From the NCBI GenBank assembly GCA_965214835.1, contig CBDCCK010000002.1:2240001-2304000 (forward strand): a DNA stretch of 64,000 nt. Direction: 5' to 3'. This document shows positions 20,928 to 30,879 of the stretch, piece by piece. A model generated the notes under the pieces. It saw nothing but the letters and a program-made list of their open reading frames with translations, had not been told where the DNA came from and did no database searches. How positions within the stretch are numbered: position 1 is the first letter of the stretch; each line of letters opens with the position of its first letter. The translations under genes and the position numbers were made by a program. This stretch comes from Nitrosopumilaceae archaeon. GTDB lineage: Archaea > Thermoproteota > Nitrososphaeria > Nitrososphaerales > Nitrosopumilaceae.

Positions 20928-21332
20928 TTAGTGTAGCGGTTCCCGAGCAGGAATTGGCCCTGGCACCTTTTGCATAGCTTGCCTAGCCAGCTCGCCGCGA
21001 GCAACAAGGGCAGGGTCCTGCCGGTACGGCTCTAGCGCCTTTTGCATAGCTTGCCTAGCCAGCTCGCCGTCTAGTGCCTTGAATTTTAGGATTAGCTCGC
21101 TTTCACTGTTTAGAGAATACAGCTGTGCCTTGCCGAACTTTCTTGTGGCCTTTAGAAACCCAAACTGCATGACTTCATCCCAGATCTTGTAGAGCGTAGT
21201 CTTTGAGATGCCCGTATACTCTATTATCTCCTTTTTAGAATAGTCACTGCCTGCGTTATCCAGAAAAAAGTCTATGATTCTGAGTTTTGGCGTGTCACCC
21301 ATGTACTGTAGGAGCAGCGATCTGTCTTGCAT
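20928..21332 (-). CDS. winged-helix HTH transcriptional regulator
   Basis: GDTPKLRIIDFFL...YSKKEI...GISKTTLY...TRKFGKAQLYSLN; C-terminal GELARQAMQK duplicated. Confidence 0.8.
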   Translation of the reverse strand: MQDRSLLLQYMGDTPKLRIIDFFLDNAGSDYSKKEIIEYTGISKTTLYKIWDEVMQFGFLKATRKFGKAQLYSLNSESELILKFKALDGELARQAMQKALEPYRQDPALVARGELARQAMQKVPGPIPAREPLH

Positions 21333-21394
21333 GGAATTACTGGTACCTCAAGCGTATTTAAATATGAGCTACCAAAGGTACTATAAGCGTACAT

Positions 21395-21663
21395 ATGTTA
21401 TCAAACGAAGGGATCAAGTCTAGAATCATTCGCAAGCTCTACAGACACGGAAAGGGGGTGCAAGCCACATCTCGTTTGAAAATCTCAAAAAAGGATTCAC
21501 ACAAAGGGATGCGGGGAAACAGGGCTCAAAGAGGGTAGGCAAGATGGGCAAGGAGCTGATTAAAGAGGGTCTGATTCTCTCAAAACCAACCGGATATGGA
21601 CTAGAGGTGAGCCTGAACCCCAGGATGATTGATCAGATAAGGATGTATTTGGAGATTGAGTAA
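21395..21663 (+). pseudogene. small archaeal wHTH-like protein, frameshifted (absent from the ORF track)
   Basis: MLSNEGIKSRIIRKLYRHGK / GASHISFENLKKGF...KELIKEGLILSKPTGYGLEVSLNP...*; frameshift at aaagggggtg about 21451-21460. Confidence 0.7.
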
Positions 21664-21802
21664 GGTCAGCAATTCCGATTGCGGCCTGAGAATACAGCAA
21701 AATGGTAGGTTTCTGTGATCACCCATACTGACGGGCAAAAAGTTCCTGAAGTATTTCATGATCAGATATTCCTACCGACAGTAGACAACCTTCGAGAATA
21801 GA

Positions 21803-22045
21803 AGACCTTATGTGTAATCGTCCGGATCGAAATATTATGTTTAAAAGCCGATCATGCACGCAATGCTAGCGCACGGCACCGTACGGCTCCGCATAATGTC
21901 CAGCATATTTGATCAAACCCCAAATATTTTCATACGGTTGATTTAGATCCGGGATTCATTATCGTAGTGGTATGTCAGAGTCATGGGCCAAGTTGATGCG
22001 ACGGCTGAAAGTGGAGATCAGGTAGTACAAGAAAAGATCAGAACG
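21803..22045 (+). mobile_element. degenerate IS5/ISL2-type end with transposase 5' remnant
   Basis: agaccttatgtgtaatcg TIR; atatttgatcaaa...gatttagatccgggat matches 61270-61320. Confidence 0.6.
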
Positions 22046-22119
22046 TGGCCGTGGGGTGATGTAGCAAGTGGAGGCATCCACACCAAGCAATGGATCGTGG
22101 TTTTGGCATATTTTGTGCC

Positions 22120-22237
22120 GTAATAGGATAGTCCCCGCCTAGGCAGCAGTCAGGCACGAATCTGCCTGCAGTTGTGATTTTCATGCCTGACCGGCAAGGG
22201 ATGTGACTACAACTCTAGGCAGGGGCCATCCTATTAC
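22120..22237. mobile_element. GTAA...TTAC MITE-like element with a family-B core
   Basis: gtaataggatagtccccgcctag / ctaggcaggggccatcctattac. Confidence 0.55.
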
Positions 22238-22941
22238 GTGGCAAGGCTACTTCGGCTCTTGGGTCCAACGTGGATAATATGGCATCCGCTACAGACTAGA
22301 TTTGATATAACGTCTCTTACCGGCGTTTGGCATGAAAATCATGTTCGTCAGCATGCAGTGGCAGTCATAGAGGTCGGCGAACCGGCCATCACCCGGCGCC
22401 TTGCATGAAAATCATGCTCGCCAGCCACCGATTTTCCCCTACATCCGTTTTGGGCCGCCCTTCCTGATCACAGCTGCGGGCCCTGCACGGGCCATTCATG
22501 GGAGCCGTATGGCCCGATCCTAGGCGAGAATGTAGATCCCCCTGGTTGCTGCAGTGCCAAACGTGCTAGGACGTGGTGCCGTGCAAGAGCGGCGGCATCT
22601 GGAGCATTCCGCGAGTCGCCTTTGGACATGCCTTCAGATCACCCTGCGGGGGGCGTCCATGGCAGCCGGGGTTTTCGGGCTTTTCCCACACCAGAAACTC
22701 CAGGAACGGCAGACGTAAAAAATCCAGTGCTTGTCTAGTGCTGATTTTTCCTATCAATGTCAATGCCGCAGTCATCCTTTAGGTAATTTTTGTACTTTGC
22801 CCCCTAGGCCTAGTCGTACTCGAATATGGACTCATCCCAGATTACCGTCACAAAACCCTCCCCTTTCAGGCATGAAATCGTGCAGTTTGTGCTCCCGCCG
22901 CGGTACGCGCGAGCGCTCCTAAAAAAGTCAACCCCTTTCAG

Positions 22942-23063
22942 CAGTCTTCCCAGATGTAACCCGACTCGCGGCGGTGCAGGCGACGACGTGTGGATCTGCA
23001 GGCGGCCAGATTTGAGCTGTTTTGAATTTGGAGTCGTTTTGAATGGAGATTCTGGAAAGACTG
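22942..23063 (+). mobile_element. MITE family E copy 2
   Basis: CAGTCTTCCCAGATGTAAC...TCTGGAAAGACTG. Confidence 0.8.
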
Positions 23064-23203
23064 CACTTTTGGGAAGGCTAAAATGCAGCACGCCCTATCG
23101 GCAGGGTTCATGGCAGGATCGGGTGCGATTTCACACTGGGGCGCATTTCCCACTACTGCCAAACGTCTAACACATTTAATCCCCCAATGCATGAGTAAGG
23201 AAA

Positions 23204-24487
23204 ATGGTTTTTGGATGGGGAAGGAAAAGGGAGAAAAAGGAGGGGGTTCCGGCATCTGCGCCTAGGGAGATCTCGCTCCCCGAGGTTCCACGTATACTTG
23301 ATGATCTCATGCAGCGGGAATCAGGCCGCCTTCTTGAGCAGGCCAGAAAGCTGCGGTTTCCCATAACCCGGCATATAGAATCACTGCTAAAAATCGCAAT
23401 CGAGCTTGAAAAGGACAGGATAAACACCAATGACATTGACACCAACATCGTGACCATAGTAAGGCGCGGCAAAAAGCAGGTTCTAGACGCCATACACAAG
23501 GAATCCGAGCGGGAATTTCCGGAGCTGGACTCAGTTGATGATGTCAAGGCATTCAACCGGATGGCCTCGCAGACGCTGGCAAAAATAGGGGACGTCTTGG
23601 GAAAGCAGACCCGCGTCATCCACATATTTGCCAAAAAATATGCCGGAAGGCTAAAGGAGATCTTGGAAAAATTCACCCAAGACCTTGATCACCTGAACCG
23701 GCTCCTGAAGCGATTTGCCGAGTTTGAGGAAGGCCAGTCAAAAGTATCCGAGCTGCTCTCAAAACTTGACTCTGAGCAGTCGGCAATGGCAGACATCTCT
23801 GAAAAAATCCTCGGCCTCGAAGGAACCGTCTCGGAGAACGCAAAAAGCATAGAATACCTGGAGGCCAAAATCACCAAGTTCAAGTCTTCCACAAAATATG
23901 AAAAATACCGGGCCATTTGCAGGCAGATGTCTGACCTAGAGTCAAAAAGGTCCCAGATTGAAAGCCAGATCAACAACCAAACCATCCTGATTTCGAGGCC
24001 CCTCTCAAAGTACGAGTATGGCTCCTCCCTGGACAAGGAAAACAAGGCAATCATTGAAAAGCTCCTCTCGTCCCCCTTTGAGGCATTCCTGCCGCAAAAC
24101 AAGGACGGCATCATGACAATACTGGAAAACATCAAAAAGGCAATCACCCTGGATCACCTCTCAGTCAAGGAACCAGAAAAGACGCTCGGATACATCGATG
24201 ACATCATCTCAAAGGTTGATGGATTCATCCGGACCGTAGACTCGTTTCTCTCCGAACAGGGCAAGCTGCGCGACGAGCTGCAGGGCTTGGACTTGGACGT
24301 ACTTGAGGGGTATCAAAAGCGGCACTCCAAGCTCAAAGAAGACAACAGCTTTTCGCAGTCCAGAATAAGGGATCTTCGATCTGAAATCGACACCCTAAAG
24401 TCAAACCGGCCCATGCTTGTCGGGGAAATCACATCCGTGATGAGCAGGCTCGGCAGCACAAAATACACAGTCGGCGAGCGGTCATGA
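23204..24487 (+). CDS. coiled-coil protein of thaumarchaeal type
   Basis: 427 aa, heptad-rich; overlaps the next gene (ATGA). Confidence 0.8.
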   Translation: MVFGWGRKREKKEGVPASAPREISLPEVPRILDDLMQRESGRLLEQARKLRFPITRHIESLLKIAIELEKDRINTNDIDTNIVTIVRRGKKQVLDAIHKESEREFPELDSVDDVKAFNRMASQTLAKIGDVLGKQTRVIHIFAKKYAGRLKEILEKFTQDLDHLNRLLKRFAEFEEGQSKVSELLSKLDSEQSAMADISEKILGLEGTVSENAKSIEYLEAKITKFKSSTKYEKYRAICRQMSDLESKRSQIESQINNQTILISRPLSKYEYGSSLDKENKAIIEKLLSSPFEAFLPQNKDGIMTILENIKKAITLDHLSVKEPEKTLGYIDDIISKVDGFIRTVDSFLSEQGKLRDELQGLDLDVLEGYQKRHSKLKEDNSFSQSRIRDLRSEIDTLKSNRPMLVGEITSVMSRLGSTKYTVGERS

Positions 24488-24891
24488 TCTTCAAGTCAAA
24501 GCCCTTTGAGCGCAAGGTGACGCTTTCCACAAAATCCCGGGACGGCATTCTCTCGTTTTGCAAAATGAACCACCCAAACGAGGCCATACTGATTTTAAAG
24601 GGCAAGTCCAAGAACGGCAACATGCTTGTAGATGATCTGGTCATACCGCCGTTTGCCGAGACCGGAACCACCTGGGCCGGGTTCCCGCATTCGTTTCTGC
24701 CCTTGGATACGTCGTACATGGGGGTGATGCATTCGCACCCGACAGGCTCTGCAGAGCCATCCCTGGAGGATCTGCAGAACTTTTACGGCCTGGTGTCTGT
24801 GATCGTAAAGTCCCCCTATGAGGACGAGGACATCTTTGCATGGGACAGGAGCGGCAACGAGATTCCGGTGGTGCTGCCTGAGGAAAAATAA
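24484..24891 (+). CDS. JAB1/MPN/Mov34 (JAMM) metalloprotease
   Basis: HPNE, HSHPTGSAEPSLEDL (HxH-x7-S-x2-D). Confidence 0.88.
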   Translation: MIFKSKPFERKVTLSTKSRDGILSFCKMNHPNEAILILKGKSKNGNMLVDDLVIPPFAETGTTWAGFPHSFLPLDTSYMGVMHSHPTGSAEPSLEDLQNFYGLVSVIVKSPYEDEDIFAWDRSGNEIPVVLPEEK

Positions 24892-24953
24892 CTCCTGCCG
24901 GAGCCTGGGGAGTTTTTTCAGAAAACTTCCAAAAACCTTATAAGGTTTTTTAA

Positions 24954-25295
24954 ATGATTTACCGTATATTGATTAACTACAAGGGCTATCTGATCTTCCT
25001 GTTTGCATCGCTGGCAGTAAGCATTGGACTGCAAATGATCCTTCCATTCCCCTACGGGCTGGGGGCGGCCCTTGCAATCTTTATCATGTTCCCGCTGTTT
25101 CTCCGGCGCCGATACATGAGCCGCATGCGCGGCGGTTATGGGGGCTCTGACTCTGGGGCCGGCGGCGGGCTGTTTGGCATGGGCCAGGGCATGAACCGAA
25201 GCTCGGTGCGCTATGTGTGCCTAGTCTGCAACCACAAGTACAAGGGCGGCTCGTGTCCTAGGTGCGGCTCCAAGATGAAGCGCGCCGACTTTTAA
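24954..25295 (+). CDS. membrane protein with C-terminal zinc ribbon
   Basis: 2 TM helices; CLVC...CPRCGS. Confidence 0.7.
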   Translation: MIYRILINYKGYLIFLFASLAVSIGLQMILPFPYGLGAALAIFIMFPLFLRRRYMSRMRGGYGGSDSGAGGGLFGMGQGMNRSSVRYVCLVCNHKYKGGSCPRCGSKMKRADF

Positions 25296-25297
25296 AA

Positions 25298-25612
25298 ATG
25301 TCCCTAGAATCCCTGCGGCAAAAGGTGGTCTTTCAGAACAGCATCGACGTGTGGATAGCTGCCGCAACCGACAAGGGGATCAAGTGGAACGATCCCGAGG
25401 GCTACAAAAGGTTCATCTCGTATCTGCTGGCAAACAAGCTCAACCTCAAGGCCTTTACACTGTGTGCCCACGAGGCCGGTGCAGTAGAGCAGGAAAAGAC
25501 CGACTTTGTCGAGGTCCTGGCACAAGCCAGGGACGGGGATCCAAACGCGGCCACGTATACCGTCCGCCTGACAGACTCGGCCATGGAGATAATCCGGGGC
25601 TTTTCACAGTAG
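25298..25612 (+). CDS. hypothetical protein
   Basis: MSLESLRQKVVFQNSIDVW..., starts 3 nt after the upstream stop. Confidence 0.7.
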   Translation: MSLESLRQKVVFQNSIDVWIAAATDKGIKWNDPEGYKRFISYLLANKLNLKAFTLCAHEAGAVEQEKTDFVEVLAQARDGDPNAATYTVRLTDSAMEIIRGFSQ

Positions 25613-25613
25613 G

Positions 25614-26975
25614 CTATCTCCTCAGCCTCGGGTTTGCTATGGCATCAAGCGCGTTTCCTATAAAGACAAAGGCAAGGCCGGTAATTGCAATCATTATTCC
25701 CGGCGGCATTATCCACCACCACAGTCCCCTAGCGGCTGCACCGTAGGTGCTTGCATCGTGCAGTATCTGCCCCCACGTTGGAAACGACGGATCCCCCAGC
25801 CCCAGGTAGCTCAGCCCCGCCTCGGTGGTGACGGCTGCCGGAACCGAGATTGCTATGCTTGCAAACGCATATGGCAGCAGCTGCGGCAGGATGTGCTTGA
25901 AGATAATCCTGGAGTTTTTCTGCCCCATCATCCTTGCGGCATCGACGTACCCGCGGGTCTTGATCTGCAGTGCCATGCTCCTTGACACCTTGGCGATTCC
26001 CACCCATCCAAAGATCATCAAAAACCCGATCATGACAAAGATGCTGTTGCTGATGGTAACTGCCAGGATGATCAAAAACGGCAGCGCAGGCAGCGCGTAG
26101 ATGACGTCGTTGAGCCTCATCATCGCCTCGTCGGTGGCCTTTCCCCTGAATCCCGCATACACCCCGTAAACCAGTCCCGTGACGACCGAGCCCACAGACA
26201 CTGCCAGTCCGATGAACAGTGCCAGCGGCGTTCCCCAGAGCAGCCCTATTGCCAGGTCACGCCTGAGCTCGTCCGTGCCGATCACCCCAAACGCCTTTCC
26301 CCCCAGAATGAACCTGGACTCTTTTATGTCCAGGTCATCTTGGCCAAGCAGGCTGACTGTGAATACATAGTCCCCCTTGAGCGGCTGCGGCCTGTCGGTG
26401 TGGGAGAATACCACCTCCTCTGCCGGAAGCCCGGATATGTCAAACCCATATGCTCCGGATCCCAGCATCAGGTTTTTTCTGAGCAGGACATCCGTTGAGA
26501 ACACCTGCTCTCTGTGGGCCGTACTTGACTGCACGTGGGGCAGCGACGTCCTGAGCAGTTCCAGACTGATCCCGTCGGGCCGCGTAGCTGTGACCACGAC
26601 TAGCGGACTTGATGCGTACTCTAGCTCCAGGTTATAGATAAAGTCGCTGGGAAACCGGTCATACTCAAAGCTTACCGGATGCCGTATCGTCCTTACGTGT
26701 AGCGAGCCTACCTGCTGCTCGGCATAGTGATAGTCCTCGATGATTTGGTGCTCGGGTATTTTTTCACTCAGGAATATGTTTGTCCATGACGGCAGCGCCG
26801 CTTTTGGGTATGATATCCACCTTGCAGGATTGTTCCACTGCTCAAGCGTCTCTGCGGGGATCGCCACCAGCGTTGCAAGCGAGACTGCGACTAGGATCCC
26901 AAGAATGCTGACTCCCGCGATTCCGATCCTGCTGCGTGCAAACTCCCTCCTTATCTCCCGGGGCGTAACGCTCAA
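25614..26975 (-). CDS. peptide/nickel ABC transporter permease (DppC/OppC-like)
   Basis: GTDELRRDL, YVDAARMMG, KHILPQ, EAGLSYLGLG. Confidence 0.92.
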   Translation of the reverse strand: MSVTPREIRREFARSRIGIAGVSILGILVAVSLATLVAIPAETLEQWNNPARWISYPKAALPSWTNIFLSEKIPEHQIIEDYHYAEQQVGSLHVRTIRHPVSFEYDRFPSDFIYNLELEYASSPLVVVTATRPDGISLELLRTSLPHVQSSTAHREQVFSTDVLLRKNLMLGSGAYGFDISGLPAEEVVFSHTDRPQPLKGDYVFTVSLLGQDDLDIKESRFILGGKAFGVIGTDELRRDLAIGLLWGTPLALFIGLAVSVGSVVTGLVYGVYAGFRGKATDEAMMRLNDVIYALPALPFLIILAVTISNSIFVMIGFLMIFGWVGIAKVSRSMALQIKTRGYVDAARMMGQKNSRIIFKHILPQLLPYAFASIAISVPAAVTTEAGLSYLGLGDPSFPTWGQILHDASTYGAAARGLWWWIMPPGIMIAITGLAFVFIGNALDAIANPRLRR

Positions 26976-28027
26976 CCTGCCGTCCTCACCCGCGGATCAA
27001 GGTATCCGTACAAAATATCTGCAATGAATATGCTTGCCAGGAAAAACACCGTAAGGACGTATGTGGCGCCGACTATGACGGGCAGGTCCATTACCGAGAT
27101 TGCCTCAAAGTACAGCCGTCCCATGCCTGGCCAGTCAAAGACTGCCTCGGTGATTATGGCCCCGCCAAGCGATCCAGAAAGGCTCAGTGCCAGTATGGTG
27201 ACTATTGGCGGTGCTGCGTTTTTTAGCGCATGGGAGTAGATGATTCTTTTTCTGCCAACACCGATTGCCTTCTTTGCGGCAATAAAGTCCTCCTGGATGA
27301 TCCCCACCATGAAGTTTCTCACAAGATATGCCCACGCCCCAAAGCCGATCATCACGATTGTGATCAGCGGCAGCGCCATGTGGTACAGCAGTGCCGCAAG
27401 ATAACCCGGATCGTCTGCAGGTATGGTGGGCGTGGCCCTTGCCGGAAATATCTGGTACGTAAACGCAAACAGGAATATCATCAGCAGCCCGATCCACCAC
27501 ACCGGAAAGCTCGAGCTGATTATTGCAAAGGTCGACGTGAACCTGTCGATTGCCGAGCCTACCTTGCTTCCGGACATCGCGCCTATGAAGATGCCCATGA
27601 CGGAGATGATCACCGTTGCAGTGGTGAACAGCAGGACCGTTCTTGGCAGCTTTTCGTACAAGATATCCTTTACGTCCGATGAGCCCGAACTGCTTGTCAA
27701 AAACGTGGCGTGCCCAAAGTCCAGGATCAAAATCTTGTACATGGTCAGCCCAACCCTCTGCGGAGAGTGCCACGGCTCGTCTAGCCCCAGCGACCTCACC
27801 CTGTGATCTATCTGCCCCCGGACATAAGCCTCAAACTCCTCCGGACTGGCAAAGCTTTCGGCAATCGCCGGATTCTCGGCTATCTCGGCCCTGACCTGGA
27901 CTGTCACCCCCTGCTTTAGTATCGTATCCATGTTGGAGCCGACTAGAAGTATCGTAATTAGCAGCGTGACTAGGAGGACCCCGAACATCGTTGCCATCCT
28001 CGTCAGAATGAATCTCTTGTATCCCAC
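26972..28027 (-). CDS. peptide/nickel ABC transporter permease (DppB/OppB-like)
   Basis: QEDFIAAKKAIG, HALKNA, EAVFDWPGMG, ADILYGYLDPRVR. Confidence 0.92.
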   Translation of the reverse strand: MGYKRFILTRMATMFGVLLVTLLITILLVGSNMDTILKQGVTVQVRAEIAENPAIAESFASPEEFEAYVRGQIDHRVRSLGLDEPWHSPQRVGLTMYKILILDFGHATFLTSSSGSSDVKDILYEKLPRTVLLFTTATVIISVMGIFIGAMSGSKVGSAIDRFTSTFAIISSSFPVWWIGLLMIFLFAFTYQIFPARATPTIPADDPGYLAALLYHMALPLITIVMIGFGAWAYLVRNFMVGIIQEDFIAAKKAIGVGRKRIIYSHALKNAAPPIVTILALSLSGSLGGAIITEAVFDWPGMGRLYFEAISVMDLPVIVGATYVLTVFFLASIFIADILYGYLDPRVRTAG

Positions 28028-28128
28028 AAGTTACAATAGTATGTGCGGATATAATATTTGCAGGGGCCCGGTGCTGACAGGCAGCCCAAACTTTAAAGAA
28101 AAATAGGGCCTGATCTGTAGGGCAGTAC

Positions 28129-28371
28129 ATGAGCGTAAGCACCATCCGCAAGGCCAGGAGGCTTGCTGAGGGAGGCAGGATAGCCAGGATTGGCGACGGC
28201 CTGTACCAGGCAAGGTCATCCAGCGATCCCGGAAAATCATACATGGTCACAGATGACTCCTGCGACTGCCCCGGCTTCAAAAACTTTTACAAGCTTCACC
28301 ACGGAAAGGGCCTAAAGGCCAACTGTTCCCACCTGGAGGCAGTCCGGATATTTGAGGGAAAGAGCTCATGA
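28129..28371 (+). CDS. SWIM zinc-finger protein
   Basis: CDCPGF...CSHLEAV. Confidence 0.8.
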   Translation: MSVSTIRKARRLAEGGRIARIGDGLYQARSSSDPGKSYMVTDDSCDCPGFKNFYKLHHGKGLKANCSHLEAVRIFEGKSS

Positions 28372-28698
28372 CTCCCCAACGTTTGCCACGCCTATTGTGA
28401 CCCTGTTTTTTGTGACTATGATCGGTCTTTTGATCAGGCCCGGATGCCTTACCATCAGCCTGATTAGCTGGGAATCTGTCATCCTTGAGCCTTCCAGGTT
28501 CAGCTCCCTGTACATCCTGTCCTTTTTTCTCAGCATCTCCTTGGGCGTCAGCCCTGCTCTTGATATTATTTTTTCTAGCTCGTCCTCTGAGAACGGCTCT
28601 TTGAAAAAGTCCCTCGTCTCTAGGTCTGCCCCGGCACAGGCTGCCTGTGAGATTGCTCTCTTGCAGGTAATACACGCGCCCTTGTGGAATATTTTCAA
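28366..28698 (-). CDS. ArsC/Spx/MgsR-family protein
   Basis: CITCKRA, HPGLIKRPI. Confidence 0.85.
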   Translation of the reverse strand: MKIFHKGACITCKRAISQAACAGADLETRDFFKEPFSEDELEKIISRAGLTPKEMLRKKDRMYRELNLEGSRMTDSQLIRLMVRHPGLIKRPIIVTKNRVTIGVANVGES

Positions 28699-28743
28699 GC
28701 GTACGTCCTGCCGTCCTTTGGGTTTTAATTGTTGTGCATGATA

Positions 28744-28850
28744 TAGTCATCCCGGACGTGGCCAGATCATTGACGGCGCACGGATCTGCAGAAAACCTGG
28801 CTTGAGCCGCTTTGAGCTTGGAGCCGCTTTACGGGGATCTGGAAAGACTG
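28744..28850 (+). mobile_element. MITE family E diverged copy
   Basis: tagtcatcccggacgtgg...cggatctgcag...tctggaaagactg. Confidence 0.55.
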
Positions 28851-28983
28851 TGATGCGCCGGCCTGTCAGCTGTACGCATGAAAAAACGTGGCTGCATGCA
28901 AGACCCTGCCTTGAGAAGATGTTTTGCATTGCGTCGGGAAGGCGGCTTTGGCCAGGCGCTATTTTTGGATCCGAGCCCGCTCC

Positions 28984-30069
28984 TTACTGCGTGGAGTTTG
29001 TTATCTGTACAAGCTGTGTCCCGTTGACGGCATACTCGATGATCACGCCGTCGATGCTGATAAAGATTGAACTCCCGATGGCCTCCACCTCTATGTCCGT
29101 GCCGTTGGCGCCCGGGATTCTGGCATTACCTGCCGTCTCTGGAACCTCGAGATCCTGAATGTTGCCTTCGTCCTCCTCGGCCGGCTGCCCGGAGTTCGTG
29201 GAGTTGGCCTTGATGTCCCCGCGCTCCGTGGTCAGGACTGCCATCATCTCCTGCGTGATTGACAGCTCATCCAGGTAGGCGTCCCTTGCCTCCTGGTGGC
29301 TTCCGCCACTTTCTAGTATGCTGTCCATTATCTCGCGTGCTTCATAAAGCGAGGTCTTTGTGTGGTTTAGCTGGTTTACAATCATGTCTCTTACCGACCG
29401 ATCCAGGTTGTCTACAAAGCGCTCGTACCTCCATCCGTCATAGACGCCCGCGTCCAGGTTCTTTTCCCACATTGCCTCTTGCAGGAGCCTGTGCGCTGCA
29501 TCCCTCTGTCCATTTAGCTCGTCTGCCTTGACCTCCTGGCCCTCGCTCTCTAGTGCCTCCTGGTACTCCTCGTACAGGCCTTGGTAATACTGGTACACCT
29601 GCATGCCGATTGCGTCATTTGAAAACTCTTCCTCACTTGCCTGCAGGTATTTCTGCGCATCAGCAGACCCTATCTGCCTGGCCAAAACCTCCGACTGCTT
29701 TATCTTGCCACTCACGTAAAGTTCCAAGGATGCCAAGCCAAGCATGTCCGCGTAGCTTGATCTGATGCTTACCACGTGTGTCCCCGGAATCCCATCAAAG
29801 CCTGTCAGTTCCTGCTCAAAACCTCCGTTTTCGTCAGTGGACGTATCAAACGACAATGCCCCGATGCCTATTGCAATGTCTGCGCCCTGAACCGGCCTTC
29901 CTGCATGATCAACTACATGTCCGGATACCGTAGGGGCATGGCCAGAGGGAACCGGCTCTTCGTCTATGTGTGCCTGCACTACCAGATCCCATAACACATT
30001 CTCTGATAGTGCCATGCCTGGCACAAGTAACATGCACAGTATGATGATGTGCAGTAACGCTTTTTTCAT
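28984..30069 (-). CDS. secreted protein with carboxypeptidase-regulatory/Ig-like domain
   Basis: Signal peptide; VSGHVVDHAGRPVQGA...TDENGGF. Confidence 0.8.
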   Translation of the reverse strand: MKKALLHIIILCMLLVPGMALSENVLWDLVVQAHIDEEPVPSGHAPTVSGHVVDHAGRPVQGADIAIGIGALSFDTSTDENGGFEQELTGFDGIPGTHVVSIRSSYADMLGLASLELYVSGKIKQSEVLARQIGSADAQKYLQASEEEFSNDAIGMQVYQYYQGLYEEYQEALESEGQEVKADELNGQRDAAHRLLQEAMWEKNLDAGVYDGWRYERFVDNLDRSVRDMIVNQLNHTKTSLYEAREIMDSILESGGSHQEARDAYLDELSITQEMMAVLTTERGDIKANSTNSGQPAEEDEGNIQDLEVPETAGNARIPGANGTDIEVEAIGSSIFISIDGVIIEYAVNGTQLVQITNSTQ

Positions 30070-30301
30070 ATCTGTGGGTTTTGCAATTTGTTGTTAAGCC
30101 CAGACCATTGGATTATTCGCTCCTGAGGACAATAAAGTTTGAGTTGTCCCGGACATGGCCCCTACATCAAAAAAACGGATCATAATTGAGATATCGCGCC
30201 TATTCCGGTAAGACACATCGATTTTCAACCGTGCGGACCGGGGGGACTCTTGCAGGCCATAGCAAGCAGGTCCGTAGTCCTGATCATGGCAGGCGCATCC
30301 G

Positions 30302-30392
30302 GTATGGGGCTGCCTGCCCTTGGCAAGCCAGGCATGATCTGCACGTAACTGTGGTTTTCACGCCTTGGCCAGTATGGGGGGCGGGATCTCAC
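30302..30392. mobile_element. diverged MITE B-like element
   Basis: gtatggggctgcctgccct...aggcatga...tgtggttttcacgcct. Confidence 0.5.
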
Positions 30393-30592
30393 GCCGGATC
30401 CCGTTGAAAAATATTAAAAATCCCCGCATTGTTGTATAAGTACGATGATCTGTGCAGACTGCGAGAACCGCCGGCATTACAAGTGCATCGACTGTAAAAA
30501 TGATCACAAGACATATCTCTGCAGCTGTGACTGCCATGATGAGGACACCCCGCCCCACGGCGAGCAGGAACACAACTAGATCTCCGGCGGCT

Positions 30593-30680
30593 GCATGAGG
30601 ACACATCCAGTTGCTGGCCGGACATGAAGATCACAGTCACACGTGCATTCATGCCCAATTGGCCAAGGGTGACCTCGTGC
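30593..30680. mobile_element. diverged MITE B-like element
   Basis: catgaagatcacagtcac...ttcatgccc...ggtgacctcgtgc. Confidence 0.5.
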
Positions 30681-30879
30681 AGGCTGCCTGCTGTAGTGCG
30701 TGCAACTGAAGGCCGATCATTTTTTATCGATGCATGCACTGCATCCTAAAACCCTGATCCCACTTTTTGATGTGAACACTGGCAAATCATGTACTGGAAA
30801 ACCATTACTAAAAAACCAATCTGTGATCCTGCAAAAACATGAAGATTCATAAGTAAAAAAAAATGCCAAAGGGCAGCTT

